From positions 677,648 to 741,647 of the forward strand of contig SMSO01000014.1 of the NCBI GenBank assembly GCA_004764695.1: DNA of 64,000 nt. Reading direction: 5' to 3'. The DNA comes from Schizochytrium sp. TIO01 (Eukaryota; Protista; Bigyra: Labyrinthulomycetes). Below, piece by piece: positions 48,961 to 58,949 of this stretch. The number at the start of each line of letters is the position of its first letter. Position 1 is the stretch's first letter. The translations under genes were made by a program, and so were the position numbers. The notes under the pieces are model-generated. The model saw only the letters and a program-made list of their open reading frames with translations, had not been told where the DNA came from and did no database searches.

Positions 48961-51274
48961 ATGGCTTCATCAGCAATGTTGTGGCACAAACTATTGACCA
49001 TCATGACCATGGTGCTTTTTTTCACAGGTCAAATCCATGGTATGGTCATCGACGAAAATACTGGAGAGAATGTTGCAAAAGCAGTATCGCGACGAGGTTT
49101 GCAAATCGGAAACAAATACATTGTCACGGTGAGAGATAGTGACGGAACAGGATCCGCATGCGACCATGTGAAATCTCGCATTAGAGCCTACCGAAACGAC
49201 CGTGTCTCCACAAACTCAGACGATGAAGACAGCTATGTCAGCGACGATGATGATGATATTGAAGTGGTTACTATTCGCACAACTTGCAACGTGTTTTTCG
49301 AAACTACTGATACAGGGCTTTTGAAATACGTAAACGAAAGCGTTACCAACGTGATAGACGTAGAACCTGATACCGTAGTTGTACTTGAGGCTGCACCTGC
49401 TTCTTGGGGCCTTGACCGCATTGATCAACCATCATTACCACTTAGTGAAACACCTTTCGCGTATCTCTACACTGGTGCTGGTGTTAATATTTATGTTTTT
49501 GACACTGGAATTTTAACAACACACACAGACTTCGGAGGTCGTGCATCCATAATAAAAGACTACACCAATGAACTTGATGAAGACATCGAAGATGGTAACG
49601 GACACGGAACCCATTGTGCCGGGACCGCTGGAGGTACAGTGTATGGTGTAGCCAAGGGTAGCAACCTTCTAGGCATCAAAGTACTAGACTCCTCTGGCGA
49701 TGGCTCAATATCTAATGTTGTGAAAGCAATTTCTTTTGCAGTTGACTACCAGCAAAACAATTACGGCACTGACCCAGCTGTCTTCTCAATTTCTCTTGGT
49801 GGCAAGAATAGTGAAGCTATGAAAAACGTTGCTAGTGAAGCTGCTGAATCAGGCATGATTGTTGTTGTAGCTGCCGGCAACAATGGCCACGGACGCATGC
49901 ACGTACTCTCCTGCTGGTGCTGGTGGAAATGGGACAAACTACGGTGTAATCAGCGTTGGTGCCACAAGTAAGACAGATACGTTTCCCGACTACTCAAACT
50001 TTGGTTCATGTGTCGATATTCTTGCGCCTGGTTCCAGTATCACTTCTGATTGGATTGGTTCTAACACAGCAACCAACACGATCAGTGGAACCTCGATGTC
50101 AACCCCCCATGTTGCAGGTACGGCTGCCATGCTTCTGGAGAAAAACAATATGGATAGAGATGCTGCAGTTGATGATCTCTTCAGCCTTGCTGTGACGGGG
50201 CAGATCTCAGGTGTCAACAGTACTGGTACAGTTAACCTCCTGGTACAAATTCCAACTTACACTGGTCCACCCACTGCACCAACTGCATTCGGTGGAACAG
50301 CTGCCCCTTCTGCGTCTCCAGCAGAGGTCTGGGTTGAGGTTGATGGCGAGACGCACAGCGTTGAGTTTGAGAAGTCTGAATTTGGTGAGTCTTTTCCTTC
50401 GTCTAGCGTGATTGCAGGCCCTCTTGTAGTCGCCGAGGACCTGATGTGCAACTCTACTACCGAAGACTTCTCAGACTCAGTAGTTCTCATCGCGCGCGGT
50501 AACTGTACCTTTTATGAGAAGGTTGTTAATGCACAGAATCAAGGTGCAATTGCAGTAATTTTCCATATGGACACCAACGCTTCAATATTTAGTCCCACGT
50601 ACTATTCAACTGATATTGAAAGTACGGTTGTTTCTGTAATGATTAGCTTGGAAGATGGGCTAGCTTTTGCCGAGTATGCTAGCGAAGGTGCTACTGCTAA
50701 ATTAGGATCACCAACATATGATTCAGCCTTACCTGAAAGTCCAACACCAGCTCCAACTGCTGCACCTACCGTAGCATGTTCTACATATGATGGACATCAG
50801 AAGAAATGCAAGCGAAGAAATTACTGCACCTATGATGCTAGTGATGAGACTTGCTATGAAACTAGCGGGTCTGATATCCCTTGTACAATTATCAAGTCTA
50901 AGAGGAAATGCGGGCAAAATGATAGGTGTTTGTGGGCTGTTCTCCCAACAATCAAAAAATCAGCCGCATGTTACGAAGCTGATGATGTCCCAACTGATAC
51001 AGACATTTACACGCCTGAATCCTGTTCCAAGGGTAAATTCTCGTACGCTCAATCTACCTGCGGGGCAGCTATCAAAGGCCTCTGCTCTGCTGCAGAGCTT
51101 CTAGCCAACCCAGATGACGAGGCAACATGCAGGATTGATAGCAAATGGGTTTGGTCCAACACTTCCTGTGGCAAGAATAAGTATTATCTTGTCAAATACA
51201 ATAAACAGAAAGTTCGGTGTCGCAAGCGAAACGTTAGAGCTGCTATTCGTTGTTGTGACTCAACTTCTATTTAA
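48961..51274 (+). CDS. Secreted S8A subtilisin with PA and Cys-rich domains, copy 5, split by a 1-bp frameshift (assembly error or young pseudogene)
   Basis: ORF 48961-49971 carries signal peptide, prodomain, Asp, His and AAGN. ORF 49883-51274 continues ATDAC...SGTSMSTPHVAG, PA and RCC domain. Removing one base at 49882-49886 (AAC AATG GCC ACG) restores the paralog sequence AAGN-x-ATDAC. Confidence 0.88.
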
Positions 51275-53602
51275 ATTCAACTCACGATAACAGACAAATT
51301 CGTTCAAGAGAAAGGAAGAGACACCTTTATCAAAGTCACGCCTATGACGAGTGAGGCTTATGTTGCTGGACTAGCTAGCAAGTAAGTGCCCTCATAGCTG
51401 CACATCTATGTTTCTAGGGATTTTACCCAAGTTAATAATCCCGTTTTTTGTGCTATAAGTCTAACGATGGTAGCCTTCTCAACTCTGCCGCAGGCGAAGA
51501 TAACGACTATAACAAATTGAAATGAACTACCCCGTGGCTTCGAACATACACACATAACAACTAATGTATTTGATAAATTCATCTAACTGCTGCCGATATT
51601 CTTGGGATTCAGTCCCATAGCACTAGCACGCAAAGTTCTTCAGGCTAGTTGAGAGTCTCATGATAGTTCATGTATTCTTCCAGGTAGCAAATCACTTCTC
51701 TTCATTCACCATACCATCCTGTCTAGATTCAACATAAACCTAGTTACACTAGGCAAAAGAAGTTTTTCTTTTCTCAGTATTGTATGAGCAAGCGTTTGTA
51801 TCTTGTTAAGCACATTATTAATTAGCTTGTTGTTTTTCTCCCACTTATGCATCAAATTGCAGAGCTTTCCTTAAGTTCTAGTGAAGTCAGTTCTGGTGAA
51901 GCGATCTCATTAGCTTCGCTCAGGAAATGTGCCACGTGATAGAAGTAAGTGCAGTTTTTCAATCGTACACTCCCCCCCCAGAAACTCCTTTTAGGCTGGA
52001 GTGTATAGGGGTAAACATTTACTATGAACAATCTTTTCATATGTGCACCTTCTACTAAGTTGTGGAAATTTACGGGAAATAGCAAAGCAAAACTCCCACA
52101 ATTTTTCTCAGGTGCGTCAGGAAACAGCCAAGCATTTAACCTGCCTTTTATGCACCAAGTTCTACACAAATTTGCACAGATTTTAAGAGACTAAACAAGA
52201 AAGTGAGATGTTCTATCATTACAAGAAACATGCCATGCCTTATTTCTAGATTCTTATTCAAGAATTTGTGGTAGCAGCCAGCATTTAGGTGTCGCACGCG
52301 TTTGAGATTGATAATAATTGGCGCATCGAAACCACGCTCCACACATAAGTAAACTTCAAACAGTCCCTCAATCAGCTACTATATTTCATTTCCGAGCTCG
52401 CAACGACTGACAGGTATTGAGATCTGTTAGTTCACAAGACTCTAGCGTGCCCTTTTCATGAAAAGAGAGACCATAACGAAAAAAAATCGTAGAACCACTG
52501 CCTTGCAGCGTAGGGCGATTATTGCGCACCCAACGACACGTGTGAGAATCTTATATATCATTGCGAGACAATCAGGTCTGTATGCCTAACATGTTAACGC
52601 TTCCCGTTGATGCCGCTATCGCCTCAGCAGGAAACAATTCCCTTCACCAAAGTACACTTCGCCACCATAAAAGCTATGCACTCAAAATGATTGTGCACCT
52701 CTCACAGGGCAAATCGTCCCTCTCCGGAGTTCACAACCAATCTTCTGGCCTCAAGAAAAACCTGGACTTAACCCTGAGAGTTTCAATTTTTAATTTACCG
52801 AAGCAGCACTGCCAGCCTAGCTTGCTTTAGATATAATGAAAACAACTCGAGCTCTGGTTTGATGCCCTGCTTTAAGAGCCTTCGGCTTTCGCATTCGTAA
52901 TTTAACTAAGGTAATCTTTTCTCTCATGAATGGTTTTGTGAAAAGGAAAATTAACAAAGGTTGCGTCGTCGGTCTTTTTGAATGGACGACAAAAAAGTCA
53001 TTCATATATAAGTTATTATTTTAATTTTCTTAATTTCGTATAAAATCTAATATCTAAAATTAAAATGATATTAAGAATAAATAAAATGTTTGGTTTAGGT
53101 TTACTTCATTGAATGCGACTTCGCTAGGCAATCCTCAGAAGAAACAAAGACGGCCGTAGCCACTATACTATATTTGCTTGTTTCTAATGTGACAGTCTGG
53201 ATGCAGGATCTCTGATCCGTCCGCGTGGAAATGGACGACCTCAGGAGGGCTGAGCTGAGCCACTCGTGTCTTTTCTTTTTCTTTTCTTGTTTATAAATAA
53301 AGGTTATATATATATTTTTTTTTATTGACATTAAATTAAAAAATATATATATACAACTTTGCAACTTTTCAAGAAAGAGATTGTTTTATTGTGAAGGTAT
53401 AAAAAAGCAAAATTCTAAGAATCCCTTTTCCCTCTCTTTTGACTCTTAAGTGATCTAGATTTATAGTGTTTTCATTTAGTCTTTCACATTAGTAGAAGTC
53501 CTTCATTCGTTTTGGTGCTTCTTCGAGGCAACTGGGGCGGTGCTTGGTTGCCATGCTTAGCCACGGTCTGGCCGCTGGTGCGCCTGTTTGGTAAGAGCAA
53601 GC

Positions 53603-54085
53603 ATGGAGCTACAGCGCCATCGTGTAGTTTGGAGCATGCTTGATGAGTTTATCTCGTCACACCGATCTGGAGGCTGGAGGTGGTACCGAAATGAAGATTG
53701 CAAAACGGATAAGCTGCTGTCTATGTTGTGATTATGGCTCTAATACTACCCTCGGTTTGACAATCTTGCACGATTTATGCTAAGCTTACCCATCCATCTG
53801 TAAAGAACGCCGTGGACCTTTACACTTGTGCACGATGGGATATTAATCGAAATAGTTGATTGCAGGAGCACATGGTTTGACGCGGAATTATTCGATCACC
53901 TCAGCTCTGAAAGATATGGTGCGCACGAGATAGACTATATTGCAGCACGTGTCTTTGCTGTGGTGTTGAACCCGTTAGAAAATTACTTTGGCTGCCCTGA
54001 TCGTGAGCACCTGCGCACACATTCCTCCCTTCAGCAGTCTACAGCGCTGACTAGAGTGTGCTGTCCTGAAATCAGTCATGACTAA
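53603..54085 (+). mobile_element. Possible degenerate hAT transposase C-terminal dimerisation-domain relic
   Basis: One frame reads SMLDEFIS...LLSML*LWL*YYPRFDNLARFMLSLP...IVDCRSTWFDAELFDHL, resembling ELDxYL...LxWW...YPxLxxLARxxLSIP...RxxL. An ER dipeptide lies in the adjacent frame just after LSLP. No TIRs identified. Confidence 0.35.
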
Positions 54086-55228
54086 TAATCAGCACCGCCA
54101 TCTCAGGTTCTGCTTCTGAGCATAGAAATTGAAATGAAACGTAAAAAAAAAAAAAGCTTTTGACATTCTTCAAATCGATCAAGGAATATATAAGTTGCGG
54201 GCGCGATGACCTATAGTTCTTGAGGTTTCAACAGCCGTAAAGATTCTGTGCCACAGCAGAACATCGCCTTCTTTTGAGACGATGTCTTCCGACCCAAGCA
54301 TATCAAGAAAGAGTTTTGATTGTTCAATACCCCAGGTACGCTGTAGTAGGTACATTTCTTGCTGGGTTATTGGGTTTTAACTTTTTAAATATATATATTT
54401 TAAGAATACATATTTTTAAAGTTCAATTTTAAAAAGTGAAAATTAAATCTCTCACTGGACTATTACAGAGGGGTTGTCTTTTAAATAAGTTAATAATAGT
54501 CACGAAATGTTATTATTTTGCAAGAGAAAAGTCAAATAAGAGGAAGATCAAATCATGTAGTTGTAGTTGCCTAAACTTACAAAACCTGCTAGGTGACGAT
54601 GATGTGAAAAGAGTGCAGCAAACCCAAAACACCAGGCCGTCCATGTGCCTTCTGAGCAGGGCTTGGCAGGAATTGTGCTGGTTTCTCCCTACATACAAGC
54701 GCCTTGCAACGAGCAGCACTAGTGATATTAAAGTCTGTAGGCACGGCCTAGAAGGGGAAAGAGGGAATTAGAGACAGAAAAGGGGGACTTACAGCGAGAA
54801 CTACCACGTAGAGTATCGGCGCTCGCCTTATCGAGAGTTCTGCTTGCTTTGTTTTGGTTTGGGGCACTTGCCACCAGGCTATTTAGACAGAGATACTCTT
54901 CACACGGATGAACCTAGGTGTTGCGGGACATTGAGTTGGTTCGCAGCTGAGTTCATCTGAATCGGGGACCTGTCTCTCAACCCGTCTCCATAACTGGGAC
55001 GCCTTGCTCCGATTCTCGATTGACGTAAACCCATGCAAAAGTAGTAACCATCCCCAGAAACGGCAACGACCCGAAGGATTTTTTGTAACCGGCCAGTTCT
55101 GAAGTTTGCGACACGCAACTTAGTAAGTAGAACCAAGCCATTCTTTGTGCAGATTGCGCAAGTCCCAGCAAGTTGGCCTGGCTCTTACCAGGTGGCATCA
55201 CAAACTAGCAAAACAAGAAATCAACTAA

Positions 55229-57583
55229 ATGAGGATGACAATGTCTTTCTATACTACAGTGATCCTACTTCTGATTGCCTCACATTGGATTCATGGTTCA
55301 CAAGGTATGATCATTGAAAATGGCGAGGTGGACCCAGAATTAGATGCTCAGAGGGCACTTCTTGATGGGCGGCGCGACCTTTCCTCCGGTGATAGGTATA
55401 TTGCGCGAGTATATACGACTAAATCAAAGACCAGCGCGGCATGTGCGAGAGTGCTCGAAAAAATCACAGAATGGGAAGACTCTAGTTCGATGAGTAGTGC
55501 TGATGTTTCAGGTGATGAGCCATCAGGAAACCTTACTACAGTTACCTCGGCAACAGTAGCAATTTATTGCAATGTGTTTTTCCAAACCACAAGTGAAGCA
55601 CTGGTTGAGTATGTCGCTTCTCTCAATGGTGTACAGTCCGTTGAACTCGATGAGGTTGTGCCCATGGCTGACGTCATATCTTGGGGTTTGGACAGAATCG
55701 ATCAAGAGTCTCTACCTTTAAGTGAAACATCATTTGGCAGTGCATACCATGGGCGAGGAAGTAACATTTATGTCATTGATACTGGCCTGTACTATGAACA
55801 CAGTGAATTTACGAATAGATCCAGTTTCATAAGAGACTTTACATACGAAGAAGGAAGTGAAATCACCGATGGCCATGGACATGGAACGCACTGCTCTGGT
55901 ATTGCAGCAGGAACAACATATGGTGTTGCCAAGGAAGCCTATATCTTCGGCATCAAAGTTCTCAATAGTAATGGCTGGGGGTACACGTCAGATGTAATCA
56001 AGGGAATTGCCTATGCAGTACAGTATCAAAACGAAAAGTACAATGGTGAAACGGCAGTGCTTTCGCTCTCCCTTGGAGGCGCGAAAAGCTCTGCACTAAA
56101 ATATGCGGTTCTTGATGCAAATACTGCAGGAATGATCACTGTGGTTGCTGCTGGCAACAAAGCAAAAGATGCTTGCTTGTATTCGCCGAGTAACGCGGGA
56201 GGAAGTGCATCAGATGGTGGGGTTATTACAGTTGGGGCAACAGACTCGGATGATTCCTTTGCTTATTATTCCAATTTTGGAGCCTGTGTTGATGTGCTTG
56301 CACCAGGTTCATATATCAAGTCTTCCTGGATTGGATCCACGACTGCCACACGCACTGTGAGCGGGACTTCTATGGCAACCCCTTTTGTTGCTGGTGTTGC
56401 AGCTACGCTCTTAGAAAAGCACAATAAAGACAAATTAGGGGCCCAAGCAGAACTTGTGGAGCTCCTCGCGATGAACCAAATTTCAGGCCTTGATGGATTA
56501 AACACTACGAATGGATTACTACAAGTCTCACTTACTACAGCCCCGCCTACGTCTCCTACCGTTCAGGCAACTATTGCGCCCACAACAGAACCAATCACCC
56601 TTTGTGTCTCCGAAGAGAGTAGTACATCATGTGTACCATTCTATCGAGCAGACTTTGGGCCAGACCTGCCTCGAACTTATACATTTGGTGGGCAGCTTGA
56701 AGCTCTAAACAGTCCATTTTGTAAAGCAACAAAAGCTAATTATACCGATAAGGTGATCATAATCCCCTTCAAACAATCCCTAAAATGCTCATTGTATAGT
56801 ATGGTAAAGCTTGCAGAAAATCAAGGCGCTTCTGCTGTTATCCTTTATCCTACATATACCTCAGAACTGATTTCACCTTTATATTCTGGTTATGACGCAG
56901 TGAATATTGTTTCAGTTATCATCACTGAAGATGATGCAAAGAACCTCGTCAAGCTTAGCAAAAAGGGCGCAGTTGCACTTTTTGGATCCCAAAGCTACTA
57001 TGACATCACAAAGTCACCATCACCGCGTCCCACCAAATCACCAACGTCTTCCCCCACCATGAAACCCACTGTTTCATGTGCTAACTATTCGGGCACAAGC
57101 AAAAAGGCTCGTCGCAAATGCTTAGCAGCAAGTTATTGCATCTATGACAGCGTTGAGGGCCTGTGTTACAACGTTGAGGAGGAAGACATCCCGTGCACGG
57201 CATATGACGAGTCCAGTTGTTCTGACTCCGGTAATTGCGTCTGGACAATTCTGCTTGAGCAACAGAAGAAGGCCGCGTGTTACAATATTGGCGACGTTCC
57301 CTATAACATTACGTTGATGAATCCCCGAACGTGTTCTGAAGTTTCATACGACGAAGCGGAAGAATTTTGCTCCTCGTCAAAGATGACCATGTGTGCCGCT
57401 TCCGAGCTAATGTATGCCGGCAAAAATAATGTCTGTGATCCTGACAAAGAATGGGTTTGGTCTTCTACTTCGTGTGGCAAGAACAAGTTCTACCAGATAG
57501 ACCTCGCAAGCTCTGACTTCCAATGCAAGTCCATCAAGAAAGCAGAAGCCTACATGAGGTGCTGTAATAAGAACGCTATTTAA
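55229..57583 (+). CDS. Secreted S8A subtilisin with divergent PA and Cys-rich domains, copy 6
   Basis: 784-aa ORF with signal peptide, SWGLDRIDQ, VIDTG / DGHGHGTH / SGTSMATPFVAG, AAGN and RCC domain. The start could be any of three close ATGs (55229, 55235, 55241). Confidence 0.95.
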   Translation: MRMTMSFYTTVILLLIASHWIHGSQGMIIENGEVDPELDAQRALLDGRRDLSSGDRYIARVYTTKSKTSAACARVLEKITEWEDSSSMSSADVSGDEPSGNLTTVTSATVAIYCNVFFQTTSEALVEYVASLNGVQSVELDEVVPMADVISWGLDRIDQESLPLSETSFGSAYHGRGSNIYVIDTGLYYEHSEFTNRSSFIRDFTYEEGSEITDGHGHGTHCSGIAAGTTYGVAKEAYIFGIKVLNSNGWGYTSDVIKGIAYAVQYQNEKYNGETAVLSLSLGGAKSSALKYAVLDANTAGMITVVAAGNKAKDACLYSPSNAGGSASDGGVITVGATDSDDSFAYYSNFGACVDVLAPGSYIKSSWIGSTTATRTVSGTSMATPFVAGVAATLLEKHNKDKLGAQAELVELLAMNQISGLDGLNTTNGLLQVSLTTAPPTSPTVQATIAPTTEPITLCVSEESSTSCVPFYRADFGPDLPRTYTFGGQLEALNSPFCKATKANYTDKVIIIPFKQSLKCSLYSMVKLAENQGASAVILYPTYTSELISPLYSGYDAVNIVSVIITEDDAKNLVKLSKKGAVALFGSQSYYDITKSPSPRPTKSPTSSPTMKPTVSCANYSGTSKKARRKCLAASYCIYDSVEGLCYNVEEEDIPCTAYDESSCSDSGNCVWTILLEQQKKAACYNIGDVPYNITLMNPRTCSEVSYDEAEEFCSSSKMTMCAASELMYAGKNNVCDPDKEWVWSSTSCGKNKFYQIDLASSDFQCKSIKKAEAYMRCCNKNAI

Positions 57584-58221
57584 AGAAACCTATGACTCCT
57601 GGCTAAATTAGGTATGATGATTGCCAGCAATGGAAAAAAATGAACTACACAATACTCTTGCATGTATACGTTTCTTCAGCTTCCATGCCATGCGCTTATG
57701 GAACGCCAATGAAGATAGTATTGCAAGATAAATGACGAAAACAATTCTGATGATATCCAAATTGCATGAAGACGAACCAGAAAAAGAAATAAACTTGATA
57801 CAAATATATATGCTCATTTACAATTTCAACGGTTCAAAGAAGTTTATTCCAAAATTGTGATTCATTCTTATGCATACGCCAATACTCAGATAAAAGAATA
57901 ACTTCACTAGGCCATGGTTCACCTTGATTTTTGTCTCCATGTGAACATGCTCATCGATAGGTAAGGCTTCTCAAATCGCCGTTATGTCAAATTTAATTTT
58001 CACAACAATTTCATCAAAAATATTCTGACTTTACTTAGATTCAGCATGAACATCATAAATCATGCCGGGAATGTCATCAAGCATGTTGGGGTGCAAGCTA
58101 CTTGATATACTCTCTTTCAACCGCGTTTGCCTGTAAAATCTAATATAGCCTCAGCGGGTAAAATATATATATAAACTTACTTAGGAAATACCATCCCAGT
58201 AGGGCTTACTCTTAAGGTATG

Positions 58222-58249
58222 CCTACCTACCTACCTACCTACCTACCTA
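58222..58249. repeat. (CCTA)7 tetranucleotide microsatellite
   Basis: Seen directly. Confidence 0.95.
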
Positions 58250-58949
58250 CCATCAACCAACTTCGTTCTGATGTTCTTTCTTTGCGGCTGCGACGGCTAA
58301 AAAGAGGGAACGACAGCACGGCAAGCGAGCTTAGCGGCCAACACAGCAAAGCCCAAAAGCTTGCCGACTACTGCGCTTGTAGCGGTGTTGCTGCTTTGGG
58401 CGACGAGGTGTTTCTGCTACATCATGATAGTGCGGGTTTGCGTGTAGTATAGTCACTTCGAGATCCGTGCGCACTTGTTCGACGTCGCGTTCAAGACAAG
58501 AGTTGCGAGACAAAGCCCAAGCTAATCTTTGCGTGGGATCGAATAAAGGACAGCTAGGCAACCTTGAGTGTCTACCTGCAAGCTGAGCGCAGTGTTTTTA
58601 CCAGTTTTCAAAAGGCTCGAGGTTCTTGAGTGATCGCCTAAAGGTCCATTGTTGAGCTTCGGCCGAGCAGAACAAAATAACTCCAGCCCATTTTATCAAC
58701 GCCAATTCAAATTTCGACTTCGATACTTGTTGTCCTTTCACTTCATCGCCAGCTCCTTTTTATTTGCAGTTATTTTCAGTCTCCATCTTCTCCGCCTAAA
58801 TCTGCACGTGTTTGCTGCTCGAGTCAATATACAGCAGGCGCCTGCATTTTTTCGTACGCTGGAATATACAATTGAATTGAAATTAGTCGTGCAATTTAAA
58901 ATCGTAGCCAAAGAAGAAGAGTACATCAAAGCATTGCAGCTTGAGGGTG

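Noticed and set aside
49861-49870. 10-nt GT...AG micro-intron that would fix the copy 5 frame
   Set aside because: It is implausibly short, and its removal would destroy the conserved VVAAGN oxyanion motif.
19105-57486. Many 60-125 aa ORFs overlapping the protease genes on the opposite strand or in alternate frames
   Set aside because: These are shadow ORFs of real CDSs; they recur at equivalent positions only because the paralogs are similar.
1-58000. Helitron 3' ends or RIP-like C-to-T hypermutation explaining the relics
   Set aside because: No GC hairpin followed by CTRR at the expected spacing was found by eye. Several inferred stops look like G-to-T changes rather than CpA-to-TpA. Neither idea can be supported without alignments to parent genes.
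58222-58249. (CCTA)7 as an interstitial telomere
   Set aside because: Short tetranucleotide unit that does not match TTAGGG/TTAGG-type repeats; treated as a microsatellite.
35950-58949. TTG/GTG starts given by the ORF track for copies 3 and 4 and SMG7
   Set aside because: The context is eukaryotic, and nearby in-frame ATGs (35968, 39499, 58950) give proper N-termini.
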